Origin: Octopus sinensis | Taxonomy: Eukaryota | NCBI RefSeq assembly: GCF_006345805.1 | Contig: NW_021834786.1 | Span: forward strand, 7,647-71,646 | Reading direction: 5' to 3' | Length of the DNA stretch: 64,000 nt | Part shown: piece by piece, positions 11,524 through 23,989 of the stretch | Layout: every line of letters begins with the position of its first letter | Position numbering within the stretch: position 1 is the stretch's first letter | Notes under the pieces: generated by a model | Told to the model about the DNA's origin: nothing | The model's input: the letters and a program-made list of their open reading frames with translations, nothing else | Databases searched by the model: none | Translations under genes and position numbers: made by a program

Positions 11524-14500
11524 TGTAGGGTACTGCCCAAAGATCTATGAAAGATGAAATGTAGACAGGAACTTCGCTGCGGGCTAGCTGGCGAAGTTGA
11601 CTTCCGGTTATGCAGGCTTTCTACTAAGCAGGAGTTGACTGGCGGCTATCGCTCTCCTCATGTATTTAACTCAATAAATCTTTCCTTATTACATTGTGGG
11701 TCTTATCTAATTTTTTTTGTGTATAGCTTAAATAAAGCTATAACTGGTGACCCCTCGAAAGAACAACAGCTTTTGCTTCGCACATCGAAGTCAATAGAAA
11801 ATCAAAGAAACATAGCAAGAGATCACACAACTGTACTGAAGCTACCACAGTTCTGGTTGAAGAGATCTGAGCTATGGTTTGTGCAGGCTGAAGTGCAACT
11901 TAACGTACGCAATAAAACTCCAAACCTAACAAAATATTCGTGTGTAGTAGCGGCACTAGGTGAAGACACGGCCACGAAGGTGCTGGACATTTTAACACAA
12001 CCCCCAGCAACGCACAAATACACTACGTTAAAAGACAGCCTGATGGATACATTCCGTTGGAGCGAACGGGAAGCGGCATCAAGATACTAAAGGAAGAATT
12101 AGGCGATTCCATACCTTCGGAGTTGATAGACATGATGTTGGCATTAGTTCCCCCTGATGAATCACTTTCCTTTTTATTTTGGGAAATATTCCTAGGCAAG
12201 TTACCACTCTAGATCCAGACCCTCATAACTCAGACCGAGATCAAGGACTTGCGGCAGTTTGTGAAAGCAGCCAACAAACATTTTTTTATCTAGTAGTGTT
12301 ATAGTCAACGCAATTGGGTCTGTCCTGAGACATGGTAGAGTTAAACAAGACGACCTGTGCTTCCACCACACAAAGTTCGGCAAAAAGTCTACGAAATGCA
12401 AACAACCATGTTGCTTCAGGACTCCTTGGCCATCGGCCCCAGGAAAATCCAGGGCCGACCGCCACTGAATACCCTGGTGGCCGGCAGACATGATCACCTG
12501 CTCCTCTATGTCTGAGATCGGACCTTCGGACGTAGGTTCTTAATCGACACAGGAGCAGAAGTCAGCTTGATCCCTTCGTCGGCAAGAGACCTCCGTTACT
12601 GAAAGCAACAGTCAACCTTTAACGGCCGTCAGTGGCCCCACAATCGAGGCGTTCGGTTGCCGCATCAATTCTCTCAACATCGACTCACAAAATACACATG
12701 GGCATTCACCATCGCCGATGTCCATCAGCCCATTATCGGGGCAGACTTTCTTCGAGCATACTTGCAACTGGTTGATTTGCAGGGGAGACGACTCATCAAC
12801 AACAACACATATGCCTCCGTGTCTCTGGCAACATCTGCACATGCTGCCTCCCGCATAGCAACGGTCTCTCAGACCTAGAATGAATTCTCGAGTCTCCTTT
12901 CGAGTCGCCCCACGCCGACATTCTCCAAACTTACAACCTGCTATGGAGTAACACACCACATCCCCATCACTGGCCCTCCAGTATACAGCCATGAACGTCC
13001 TCTACCACTAGACGAATTGCTATTGCAAAGGCTGAGTTTGGTAATATAGAGGCGTTGGGCATAGTTCGTCGATCAAGCAGTCCCTGGTCGTCACCCCTTC
13101 ATGTGGCACCAAAACCCAATCGAGGTTTGCAACCTTGCGGAGATTACTGGTATCTCAATGCAAATCCTTTTTAGCACGTACAGGACTTCTCAGCCCAGTT
13201 AGCCAGGTGCTCGGTTTTCTCGAAGGCCGATTTATTCCGTGGTTACCAGTACAAGACGATGATGTACCGTAAGTCGCAGTAACCACTCGTTACGGGCAGT
13301 ATGATTTTCTACGTACACCCTTTGCTCTGAAAAACGTGGTACAATCCTTCCAACGCTTTATGGACACCACGTGCAGGGTCTTGACTTTGACTTTGCATAT
13401 TTAGATGATATCCTTATCGCAAGCCAAAATGCGAAGCTACACAAGAAGCGCCGAGTTACTGTTTTTGATAGACTTTGACAGTATGGTCTAGTAATCAACC
13501 CCGCCAAGTGAGTTTTTGGTGTTACAGAAATTGACTTCCTGGAACACTGAATCACAGGCGCTGGTTCTACGTCCTTGCCAGAAAAAGGAAAGCTATCATA
13601 TCCATTTCACGCTCCTCCACAAGCAAAGCTGTACACCAATTTCTGGCCATGGTAAACTTTTACCATGCCTCATCCCTTCTGCAGCAAGAGGAATGAGATC
13701 CTATACAAGGCACTGTCAAAAGATGGTTCGAAAAGATAGGTGGAGTGGGATGGTGCAATGACCCCAGCCTTCAAATTCACTAAACAAGCTCTGGCTAAAG
13801 CAATCATGCTGTCCCATCCACATATGTCATGTTTGACTACACTCACAGTCAATACCTCCGACACATCCACTGGGGGCATTTTGGTCAGTGGCGACCACTT
13901 GCCTTCTTCAGTCAACAACTACGACCTGCTGGCTGTCTATCTAGGTGTCTGCCACTTTTGCTATTTTCTTGAAGACCGTAGGTTTGCAGTGTTCACGTTG
14001 CAACCCGACAGATGACGATAGTAGGACCTACCGCACTGCTATCGCGTCACTTTCCTTGCAGGATGTGCATTTGGCTCCAGTGGCATAATCCTGCTGTGTC
14101 ATGTAACCACTGGGAAGCTACGATTGATCGTCCCATCAGCCTGGCGCAAGAAAGTTTTCGACGTCATTCATGGACTGTACCATCCGGGTAATAGAGCCAC
14201 ACGGCACCTGCTGTCGAGCAAATTTATCTGGCACGGTATGGCCAAACAAACTGGGGAGTGGACCAAGACCTGCATCCACTGTCGATAAGCCAATGTTCAT
14301 TAGCACACTAAAGCACCTCTCGGTAACTATGAATCACCAAAGACCCGATTTAGCTACGTTAGCATTGACCTTGTCGGCCGCAACATGGAAACACAAGAAG
14401 TCAGCCGAGCCTTCATCACAAACTGAGTTGCCCCTTTCGGTGTCCCAGACAGCATTTTATCCGATCGGGGTCCACAATTCACCCCAAAGCTGTTGAATGA

Positions 14501-15398
14501 CATGTGCGATCTTTTTGGAATCACAATGAAGCGTATAACAGCCTACCATCCACAGGCCAACGGGTTAGTGGAGAGATTTCATTGCCGCCTGAAGGAATCC
14601 CTGACAACCAGACTTAACGGGTCCATTTGGCTTGATCAACTTCCATGGGTGATGCTGGGAAATCGCACCGCCCCAAAGGAAAATCTCAACACTTCTTCCG
14701 CGGAAATGGTGTATAGTGCCCCTCTTACAGTGTTAGGAGAGTTCCTTCCGAACCTGAAATCAGACCCGGATGTCAAAAGATACCTCGCGCAACAGAGAGA
14801 GTGTGGGCCAGTTGCGCCCTATTCTCATGTTGCACCTAGATCATCCGTATCAAACGACCTCTGCACAGATAACTTCGTGTTCGTTCGACGTGAAAACCTC
14901 TCCAGTCACCTTACGATGACCCATTGAAAATCATATGTTCAGGAGACAGATCATTCCAAATCTTAGTTGGCGGACAACAAGGCGCAGCTTCGATCGAAAT
15001 GTTGAAGACGGCCCATCTTGATAATGATAGCTCCGTCCAAGTAGCTCGACCACCAAACAGGAGCCGCCCCAAGCAAATCACACCAACCCTCGACAAGGAA
15101 CAATCACCAAAGAGCCGTGTAACCACACACATGGGCAGGGCAGTTAAAACGCCTTCTCGGTTCCAATGACAGACAACAGTTCTGGAGAGCGGGGAGCTAT
15201 ATGTAGGCCCAAGAATTTAACACATGGAATGTAGACAGGAACTTCGCTGCGGGCTAGCTAGGGAGATGGTCTGCGGCTAATTTGACATCCGGTTAAGCGG
15301 ACTTTCTGCTAAGCAGGAGTTGACTGGCGGCTATCGCTCTCATGTATTTAACTGAATAAATCTGGGTCTCCGTTAATATTTTTGCGTATGGCTATACA
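11524..15398 (+). mobile_element. Ty3/gypsy (Mag-like) LTR retrotransposon, full span, pseudogenised
   Basis: LTRs 11524-11743 and 15202-15398; PBS TGGTGACCCC at 11745 (tRNA-Trp type); PPT ~15184-15196. Gag LKLPQFW..LWFVQAE, protease FLIDTGAEVS, RT YLDD, RNase H, integrase YHPQANGLVERFH; many stops and frameshifts. Confidence 0.93.
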
Positions 15399-16204
15399 CA
15401 AACTAAACTGCTGTACTTTCACAGCCAACACTGGAGAATGTTGTACTAAACAGTGATAGCTATTTACCCAACTGAATTAGAGATGAGTGTATTGACAAGA
15501 GTCAACACCTCTAGTAATCAAATACTAACCTATGACCTCTTGGCAGATAATCCAATATCCTTCTGCCGAGATAATCTACATCTCTCACTTGGCATATAAA
15601 CCAAAACCTATTGGAGACTGGCATCCTGATCAGGAGGAGTTATGTTCAGTAAGATGATCTGCAGAATACTATGTTTTATTCTGGAAACAAAAGAACGGAT
15701 CAAAGGAAGACGAAAAATGAAGTTAATTAGAATAGGCTGTCGAAAATCCTAGAAATACAGTTCGTCTATTTTTTATGTTTTTTAGTCGGGAGGGAAGGTT
15801 TTTCCCATGACTCATTACAGGGCCTCCGAGAGACTTGTAAGAGGGAGGAAGTTATTCTCTGAGTGGAAATCTGTTCCTACTGCTTGCAGCTGAGTGAACT
15901 ATGCTAAAGCCGCTAAAGGAAACTCAAGGTACCACGTTGTGGTGTTAACCTGGGTCAGCCATCTGTGTAAGCCATGATATTTGAACTTAGGACATAACTA
16001 GCCGGAACAAATGAAACTACAGATTTATAAGGTTAAGGTGGTCAGATAATTTTGTAGGGATACAGCAAGGAGATGAAAACTAGCGATTGCGGGCTCTAAT
16101 TTTAGTCACTTTAAGACAACATTGTATTTAAAAGGTATTTATCAGACATTGCATTACAGTTCAGTTTACATCTTTGACAAATTGTATTTGTGTTTGATTT
16201 TTAG

Positions 16205-16279
16205 TGGCGATAAAACGGAGCAAACTTTACATGAATCCAGTACAATAAGCAGCACTTTCAACACGAGTGTATATTTTGG
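16205..16279 (+). CDS. Gene A exon (about TM11)
   Basis: tgatttttag| and |gtaagt; 75 nt, phase 2/2. GDKTEQTLHESSTISSTFNTSVYF(G), comparable with the recalled SLC18B1 NG.E..LST.GLVSGLFSAMWSIG. Confidence 0.85.
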
Positions 16280-16810
16280 GTAAGTATTAAAATATTTATA
16301 TTTACTGCGCAAAAAACCTCTTGGACACTGTTCTTGATCGTCCCTTATATTAGATGATGTTGTCGATGATTGTGTTAACAGCACTAACACCATAAAGAAA
16401 TAGGTATGAGATAAGGATATGCCTCACCACATGTCTGGGAATTGACAATATGAACAGCATATGATGGAACTTTAGTTTACAGATTGACAAGCAGATACAA
16501 AAACATCTTGTAATAATTTTGCTTGTCATTACGTTACTTAACCCGTCGGCAACGCTTTTATGTGATTAGAGAAAAAATGGAGAAAGAAAAGAGCAAGAGA
16601 AGAAAAGAGGATAAGGTGAAGAGTGAGGCAGAAAGAGAAAGAAAGAAAAGAGGGAGAGAGAAAAGATGGTGAGATAAGCGTTCATGTCATGAGGTAGGGT
16701 GAATGTAATATTTATTACGTGGTTAAAAATGTTGAAGGTAGTGATGATATAGAGCAGAGTTAAAAATACAGTTTTAGCAATGGGATGAGGTTCTGATGGT
16801 GAGATTAAAG

Positions 16811-16816
<6 letters not shown>

Positions 16817-16866
<50 letters not shown>

Positions 16867-17060
16867 GAAGGAGAAAGAGAGAGAGAGAGGAAGGAGAAAG
16901 AGAGAGAAAGACAGTCAGACAGAGACAGAGAGAAACAGAGAGAGAGAGAGAGGCAGACAGAGACAGAGAGCAGGGGAGAAAGAGAAAAAATAGCAAATGA
17001 GCTACTTTTGATACAGACACAATTAGTCTACGCTTTCAGTTTTTCAGGTGAGATTAAAGA

Positions 17061-17096
<36 letters not shown>

Positions 17097-17140
17097 CAGA
17101 CAAAGACAGAAACAGAGATAGAGAGGAGAAAGAGAAAGAA
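16817..17140. repeat. (GA)n-rich low-complexity tract with a short duplicated flank
   Basis: gtgagattaaagaaag.cagagag occurs at 16799 and 17048. Confidence 0.9.
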
Positions 17141-18389
17141 CACCTTAAGCAAATGTTTTCTACTATAACTCTGGGCCGATTAAACTAGAGACATAAGTTT
17201 TGAAATATGTGTGTCATTAATTTTTAAGTAATACAATCGGAATTATACGTAAACTTTTCTATAAAAACATAAATAGATATCTATGAAGAAAGAAGATATG
17301 AGTATTTGGATTTTCAATGTCTTGAAAGAATTCTGAGTCTGAAATCATATCTTGAAACCAATATTGTTATATTTGAGAAGGGTTAAAGTTAAGACTATAA
17401 ACACGATCACCGACTCTTAGTCGCCTGCATTACACCTGATTAATTATGTTTTTCCCAGTAATGACAATAGACAGAGATGCTCAAGATACGCAAGATACGC
17501 AAGATTATCCACCACTTTTCCAACAACTCTGGCCACCTTTTTGAATTGAATATCTTTATTACCCATGGACATCCTTATTTAATATAAAACAGCGCAGCAT
17601 CTATGATGTTCGGAAAGATTTTTTTCACATTCAGAATTGTTGAAGCATAGCATTAACATCCGTGGCAGTTGTTATTTGTCAGCACACTTTCAAAACTTTC
17701 ATCTTCCCAAAACTTGCCAGCACTATACTTAATGTAGATATACACTCTTTCTCATTTATGTTTCTTTTAATTTTCTGTCTTGTGCTTTGTTCTCTATAAT
17801 GTTCATGCACTTAATGCTATGTTCTAGCCAGATTCGAACCACCTTGCTTGGATTTCTACCAAAATACTACAGTTTACACATATAGCCATAAAAGGCACAA
17901 CCAAACCCTTGAGAGAATAGAATCCCCATGTGAACGTTTACCGGTCAATCAGCATTGTTGGCATGTATCGACTAACGGCGGCAAACATCAACGGATTATG
18001 AAAATTTCGTCCATTTGCAATTCGAAGTTTCTGGAATGTTGTGCTTAGGGTTATATAAAGTGACGATTTAAATTTTACGCCAGAATCTTTGTTCCACGAG
18101 ATGAGCACTAACTTCCTGCGTATTCTTATGTAATACTTTGAAACGATATGTATTTTAATATCGACATTTAGCCATCTATCCAATTAATTAGTTTATTATC
18201 TTCTATTTCTATAATAATGATGAATACATACAACATAACAAATTTAAGAACGTTCTCTATATTTTTCATGTAATTGTTTTACATATAGAAATGCAGAAAT
18301 ATTCTATTATTTGTTTCAGTCATTTGACTGTAGCCATACTGGAGCATCGCCATTAATCGAACAATTTGACCCCGGGATTTGCTTGGGGC

Positions 18390-18612
18390 GGCTCCTGTTT
18401 GGTGCAAGTTAGCAAAGATCGTCACCACGCTAGACAAAATACTTAGCGGTATTTTGTGTGCCTTTACGTTATGAGTTCAAATTCTGCCGAGGTCGACTTT
18501 GCCTTTCACCCTTTCGGGGGTCGATAAATTAAGTACCAGTCAGATATTGGGGTGGATGTAATCGACTAATCCCTTCCCCCATGATTTCAGGCATTGTGCC
18601 TTTAGTAGACAG
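18390..18612 (+). mobile_element. tRNA-derived SINE (OR-like family) with (ATT)n tail
   Basis: gagttcaaattctgccgaggtcgactttgcctttca core, shared with 34110-34341 and 52370-52547. Confidence 0.75.
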
Positions 18613-18613
18613 G

Positions 18614-18680
<67 letters not shown>

Positions 18681-18693
18681 CATTATTATTATT

Positions 18694-18728
<35 letters not shown>

Positions 18729-18817
18729 TTGTTAATAATGCTAATTTCATAATGCTTGTTACAAACAAAATAGCATAACTTTGTAATATTTCTTTTTTAT
18801 GATTTTGTTTTTCGCAG

Positions 18818-18911
18818 ACATCTCACTGGATTTATAATTGCTGGACCTATTTTAGATATATTTGGCTATAGATGGAGTCTTACCCACATAGCATTTCTTA
18901 TATTATTAACT
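18818..18911 (+). CDS. Gene A exon (about TM11-12)
   Basis: tttttcgcag| and |gtaagt; 94 nt, phase 2/0. (G)HLTGFIIAGPILDIFGYRWSLTHIAFLILLT, comparable with GG.LYE.IGFEW. Confidence 0.88.
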
Positions 18912-18968
18912 GTAAGTAGCTCTGTTGCTTCATTGGTATTTCATTCTTTCCTTGTCAAAAATGAAGGA

Positions 18969-19054
<86 letters not shown>

Positions 19055-19084
19055 GTATATATATATATTTTTTTTTTCTTCTTT

Positions 19085-19302
19085 GCGCCCTTTTAAAGCC
19101 TACCCAGGCGTATGTGTTCCCCAGCTGGACGGGAGGCCAGTCCATCGCAGCGTTTTCTCATTTTTGCTAACTGAGTGGACTGGAACAACGTGAAATGAAG
19201 TGTTTTGCTCAAGAATACAACGCGTCGCCCGGTCCAGGAATCGAAACCACAATCTTACGATCGTGATACTGACACACCCAAACTACTAAGCCACGCGCCT
19301 CC
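19085..19302 (-). mobile_element. tRNA-derived SINE (third family, also at 60576-60805)
   Basis: Minus strand GGAGGCGCGTGGCTTAGT A box and GTTTCGATTCC B box; body shared with 60576-60805. Confidence 0.8.
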
Positions 19303-19557
19303 ACGTATATATATATATATATAAATAGTACAAAGTAAGATAGGGGTTATGAAAGTAACCCACTATAGGATATCAGTTATCAGCTGTAAGGAGCAGTTTA
19401 TTTGTATTATTTTAATTTTTATTATTATATTACATATTGATGTATATTGGTTTGTTCGATTTTGATGTTCCCATTTGTATAATTAATAAATAATGTGAAA
19501 TTGTAATATCCGTAAGTTGATGATCGAAATGAATTTGTTTCACCATTTTCTTATTTG

Positions 19558-19608
<51 letters not shown>

Positions 19609-19625
19609 GATAGATAGGTAGATAT

Positions 19626-19712
<87 letters not shown>

Positions 19713-19771
19713 TTACGGAGATGTACTTGCATAGCGAGTGACTTGATCTGAGATCGTGTGCTGGAACGAAA

Positions 19772-19888
19772 ACAATTGCAGCGTGGAAGGTGTTTATAAG
19801 CCATTTAAGAAACACACAAATGTTGAAGTGAATCTAACGGTTTTATGTGTTTCTTAAATGGCTTATAACACCTTCCACGCCGCAGTTG
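19772..19888. repeat. Near-perfect hairpin (~50 bp arms)
   Basis: gcagcgtggaaggtgtttataagccatttaagaaacaca / tgtgtttcttaaatggcttataacaccttccacgccgc. Confidence 0.85.
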
Positions 19889-19959
19889 TATATATATACA
19901 CACACAAATATATGTATATATGGTTCCAGTACAGTTCCCTGAGGGATTCGGTTGAGAAT

Positions 19960-20400
19960 TGATGTCTTCTCATTTGCTCTGACTTCTACTTCCTAAAACG
20001 TTATGCAGTCAATCACCTAGTTTTTCAGTGATACCAAGGTCACACAGTTTGTGATATATCCCATGATCATCTTTGTCGGAGGCCTTAGCAAAGTTGAGAT
20101 ATATCATTTCTACGTTTGAACGGCTGAGCTGTTTCTTCATTACCCAGTCGAAATGCTGTAGTAGCTGTGTGAGGCAGCTCCTTCCCGAATGGAAGCCATG
20201 TTCCGTGTTTGTGAGCAAGATATGTTCCTCTAGGAACACAATAAGCCTCCTTCTGACAATGAGTTCCATGACTTTACTAACATATGAAGTTAGAGAGGAT
20301 AAGCCTGTAATTTTTAGTATCTGCTCTTCTTCCTCCTTTGTGAACAAGGCATATATATCTTCTTTTAACATTTTGGGAGGCCCGCTCCAGCAAGGAAGCC
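19960..20400 (-). mobile_element. CR1-group LINE RT fragment
   Basis: ORF 20009-20371: LTSYVSKVMELIV..EHGFHSGRSCLTQLL..IYLNFAKASDK. Confidence 0.85.
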
Positions 20401-20419
20401 ATTATTATTATTATTATTA

Positions 20420-20504
<85 letters not shown>

Positions 20505-20782
20505 TATATATTTATTATTATTATTTATTATTATTATATTATTATTATTTATATATTTATTATTATTATTATTATTATTTATATATTTATTCATTTATTT
20601 TTGCGTTCAGAGTTCCATTTTGCAGAAACTAACTTTGCGTTTCACACTTCAGGAGAAATATAATTTGTAAAAATTTTATCCACTGAGACGGTCGTGCGAT
20701 ACGCCTCGAAGTGTTTACAAGATATCAAAAATATAAACAGAAGACACATATACAATCTAACTCGGATATTTGTACCTTGTAA

Positions 20783-20833
<51 letters not shown>

Positions 20834-21233
20834 GAAAAATGACAATTTCACATACACATACATTTGTAAACACAGACGTTTGTGACTGGCAAAACTTTCA
20901 CAATACAGAGGATTAAATAACACGATGGCTACAAAAAGTGTGCTGTTCGTGATGATACAAACATGAACTCATTGTGATCTGTACAGCATAGTATGAGCAT
21001 AAAGTGAGTCCTGAATTTAGTTTTCTGGCATATTCTATCCAGGATTAGTTTATCCAAAATATTTACGATAGGTTATTATTTGAAGATTTAGTTACTGGTT
21101 ATATTAGGTCAACGATTGCATAGAGGCATCCTCCTCCTCCTTTTTCATTTATGTTGCTACTGATTTAACAATGTTATGATCATGAAAATGATGTCTCTGA
21201 TGATGATGTCGCTGTGATTTGTTTCTTTTACAG

Positions 21234-21368
21234 ACTTTACTTTTGACATGTCAGATATTGTCAAAATATTTACCAAAGATTGAAGATTTTAGAAAACTAT
21301 GGAACAACAAAGACGAAGGAAAACATCTTCTGAATTCCAATAAACACCAACTTCATGACCGTCCCTGA
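21234..21368 (+). CDS. Gene A terminal coding exon (copy 1)
   Basis: tttcttttacag|, phase 0. TLLLTCQILSKYLPKIEDFRKLWNNKDEGKHLLNSNKHQLHDRP*: end of TM12 plus a cytosolic tail with a DE..HLL dileucine-like motif. Confidence 0.75.
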   Translation, partial: TLLLTCQILSKYLPKIEDFRKLWNNKDEGKHLLNSNKHQLHDRP

Positions 21369-21886
21369 ACGTCAAAAACTAAACAATTTTCCATTGACGT
21401 CGTAGTGGAAATCTACAGCTGCCCACGCAAATTCTTATTGCTTTTATTATTATTAGTTAAAAGGTTGCTGGGCTGGTAAAAGCTGTAAAGCGTTGGGAAA
21501 AATGCCTTGCGTTAATTGTTCCGTTTCTATATATTTTGAGATCAAACACTTCCGAGGTTAACTTTGGCTTTCATTCCTCCGAAGCAAATAAGATAATGTA
21601 CAAATCAAGCTCTGGGTTAGATTAAATTGACAGATCTCTTCCTGTAAATCTTCAGGTTCTTTGCCTATATTAGAAACAATTATTGTTATTGGTTGAAAGG
21701 CAAAGCACAGGACACTAACTTGTGGAATTTGTTCTGTTACTTTACATTCTCATTTCAAATCCTCTCATGGGCAACTTTGCCTTTCATCTCTCTAGGATTA
21801 ATAAAATAAAGTACCAATCAACTGTGTGGTCAATTTAGTAGATTAAACTTTTTTTCCAGAGTTTTGGCTTTGTACCTAATTAAAAA

Positions 21887-21980
<94 letters not shown>

Positions 21981-22283
21981 TATTATTATTATTATTATTA
22001 TATTATTATATTATTATTATTATTATATATTTATTATTATTATTATATATTTATTATTATTATATTATTATTATTTATATATTTATTCATTTATTTTTGC
22101 GTTCAGAGTTCCATTTTGCAGAAACTAACTTTGCGTTTCACACTTCAGGAGAAATATAATTTGTAAAAATTTTATCCACTGAGACGGTCGTGCAATACGC
22201 CTCGAAGTGTTTACAAGATATCAAAAATATAAACAGAAGACACATATACAATCTAACTCGGATATTTGTACCTTGTAAATATG

Positions 22284-22340
<57 letters not shown>

Positions 22341-22740
22341 GAAAAATGACAATTTCACATACACATACATTTGTAAACACAGACGTTTGTGACTGGCAAA
22401 ACTTTCACAATACAGAGGATTAAATAACACGATGGCTACAAAAAGTGTGCTGTTCGTGATGATACAAACATGAACTCATTGTGATCTGTACAGCATAGTA
22501 TGAGCATAAAGTGAGTCCTGAAGTTAGTTTTCTGGCATATTCTATCCAGGATTAGTTTATCCAAAATATTTACGATAGGTTATTATTTGAAGATTTAGTT
22601 ACTGGTTATATTAGGTCAACGATTGCATAGAGGCATCCTCCTCCTCCTTTTTCATTTATGTTGCTACTGATTTAACAATGTTATGATCATGAAAATGATG
22701 TCTCTGATGATGATGTCGCTGTGATTTGTTTCTTTTACAG

Positions 22741-22875
22741 ACTTTACTTTTGACATGTCAGATATTGTCAAAATATTTACCAAAGATTGAAGATTTTAGA
22801 AAACTATGGAACAACAAAGACGAAGGAAAACATCTTCTGAATTCCAATAAACACCAACTTCATGACCGTCCCTGA
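22741..22875 (+). CDS. Gene A terminal coding exon (duplicate copy 2)
   Basis: Same exon and acceptor sequence as 21234-21368. Confidence 0.6.
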   Translation, partial: TLLLTCQILSKYLPKIEDFRKLWNNKDEGKHLLNSNKHQLHDRP

Positions 22876-23393
22876 ACGTCAAAAACTAAACAATTTTCCA
22901 TTGACGTCGTAGTGGAAATCTACAGCTGCCCACGCAAATTCTTATTGCTTTTATTATTATTAGTTAAAAGGTTGCTGGGCTGGTAAAAGCTGTAAAGCGT
23001 TGGGAAAAATGCCTTGCGTTAATTGTTCCGTTTCTATATATTTTGAGATCAAACACTTCCGAGGTTAACTTTGGCTTTCATTCCTCCGAAGCAAATAAGA
23101 TAATGTACAAATCAAGCTCTGGGTTAGATTAAATTGACAGATCTCTTCCTGTAAATCTTCAGGTTCTTTGCCTATATTAGAAACAATTATTGTTATTGGT
23201 TGAAAGGCAAAGCACAGGACACTAACTTGTGGAATTTGTTCTGTTACTTTACATTCTCATTTCAAATCCTCTCATGGGCAACTTTGCCTTTCATCTCTCT
23301 AGGATTAATAAAATAAAGTACCAATCAACTGTGTGGTCAATTTAGTAGATTAAACTTTTTTTCCAGAGTTTTGGCTTTGTACCTAATTAAAAA

Positions 23394-23424
<31 letters not shown>

Positions 23425-23425
<1 letters not shown>

Positions 23426-23953
23426 GTGAGAGAGCAGTGCATGCCATCAAAGTGACACTGGGGTAAAATATACGAAGCCCAATATACCCATCATGACTAC
23501 CCGTCTGATAAAGGTACACCAGGCACATGCATCACAACCATATGTGCGCGACATGGTGATCTCATATCAAGATAAACAGCACATGACCTTGCAGGTGGGG
23601 CTCAGTTAGAATTTTCTTCAGGTTGAGTAGCCCATCCCGCTCAAAGGTCCCTGAATAAGGGTTGTTTAAGGATGTTGAAAGAACCACCCATGTTTCCAGA
23701 GGTGAATTATTCAAACCCCAAAGAATCCCTCTCAACACATGGCTATGATGCTCCCCCACTACTTCTGCTCGTGATCAGAGATGCACATATCGTCAGCCAC
23801 TAAGGGACATGCTCAACTGGTTAAGGTCAAATAACTGACCAGCAAATCTGTGGTATTGAGCAGAATATTTGCTGTAGCCCATCTTTTATACCAAGACAAA
23901 ACAATGTACATGATAACACTTCTAATCAGTTAAGATCAGAAGCCATGAGAGCC
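23425..23953 (-). mobile_element. ~530 bp SINE-like non-coding element embedded in a (TAA)n microsatellite
   Basis: Sharp boundaries with (TTA)n on both sides. Minus strand starts GGCTCTCATGGC and ends CTCTCTCACA(TAA)n; no ORF and no tRNA A/B boxes seen. Confidence 0.6.
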
Positions 23954-23989
23954 ATTATTATTATTATTATTATTATTATCATTATTATT

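Larger units (their letters stand above)
20581..23393 (+). repeat. Near-identical ~1.5 kb tandem duplication bounded by (TTA)n tracts
   Basis: 20581-21886 vs 22081-23393 (offset 1500-1507). I saw only two substitutions plus an (AT)n length difference. Confidence 0.95.
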
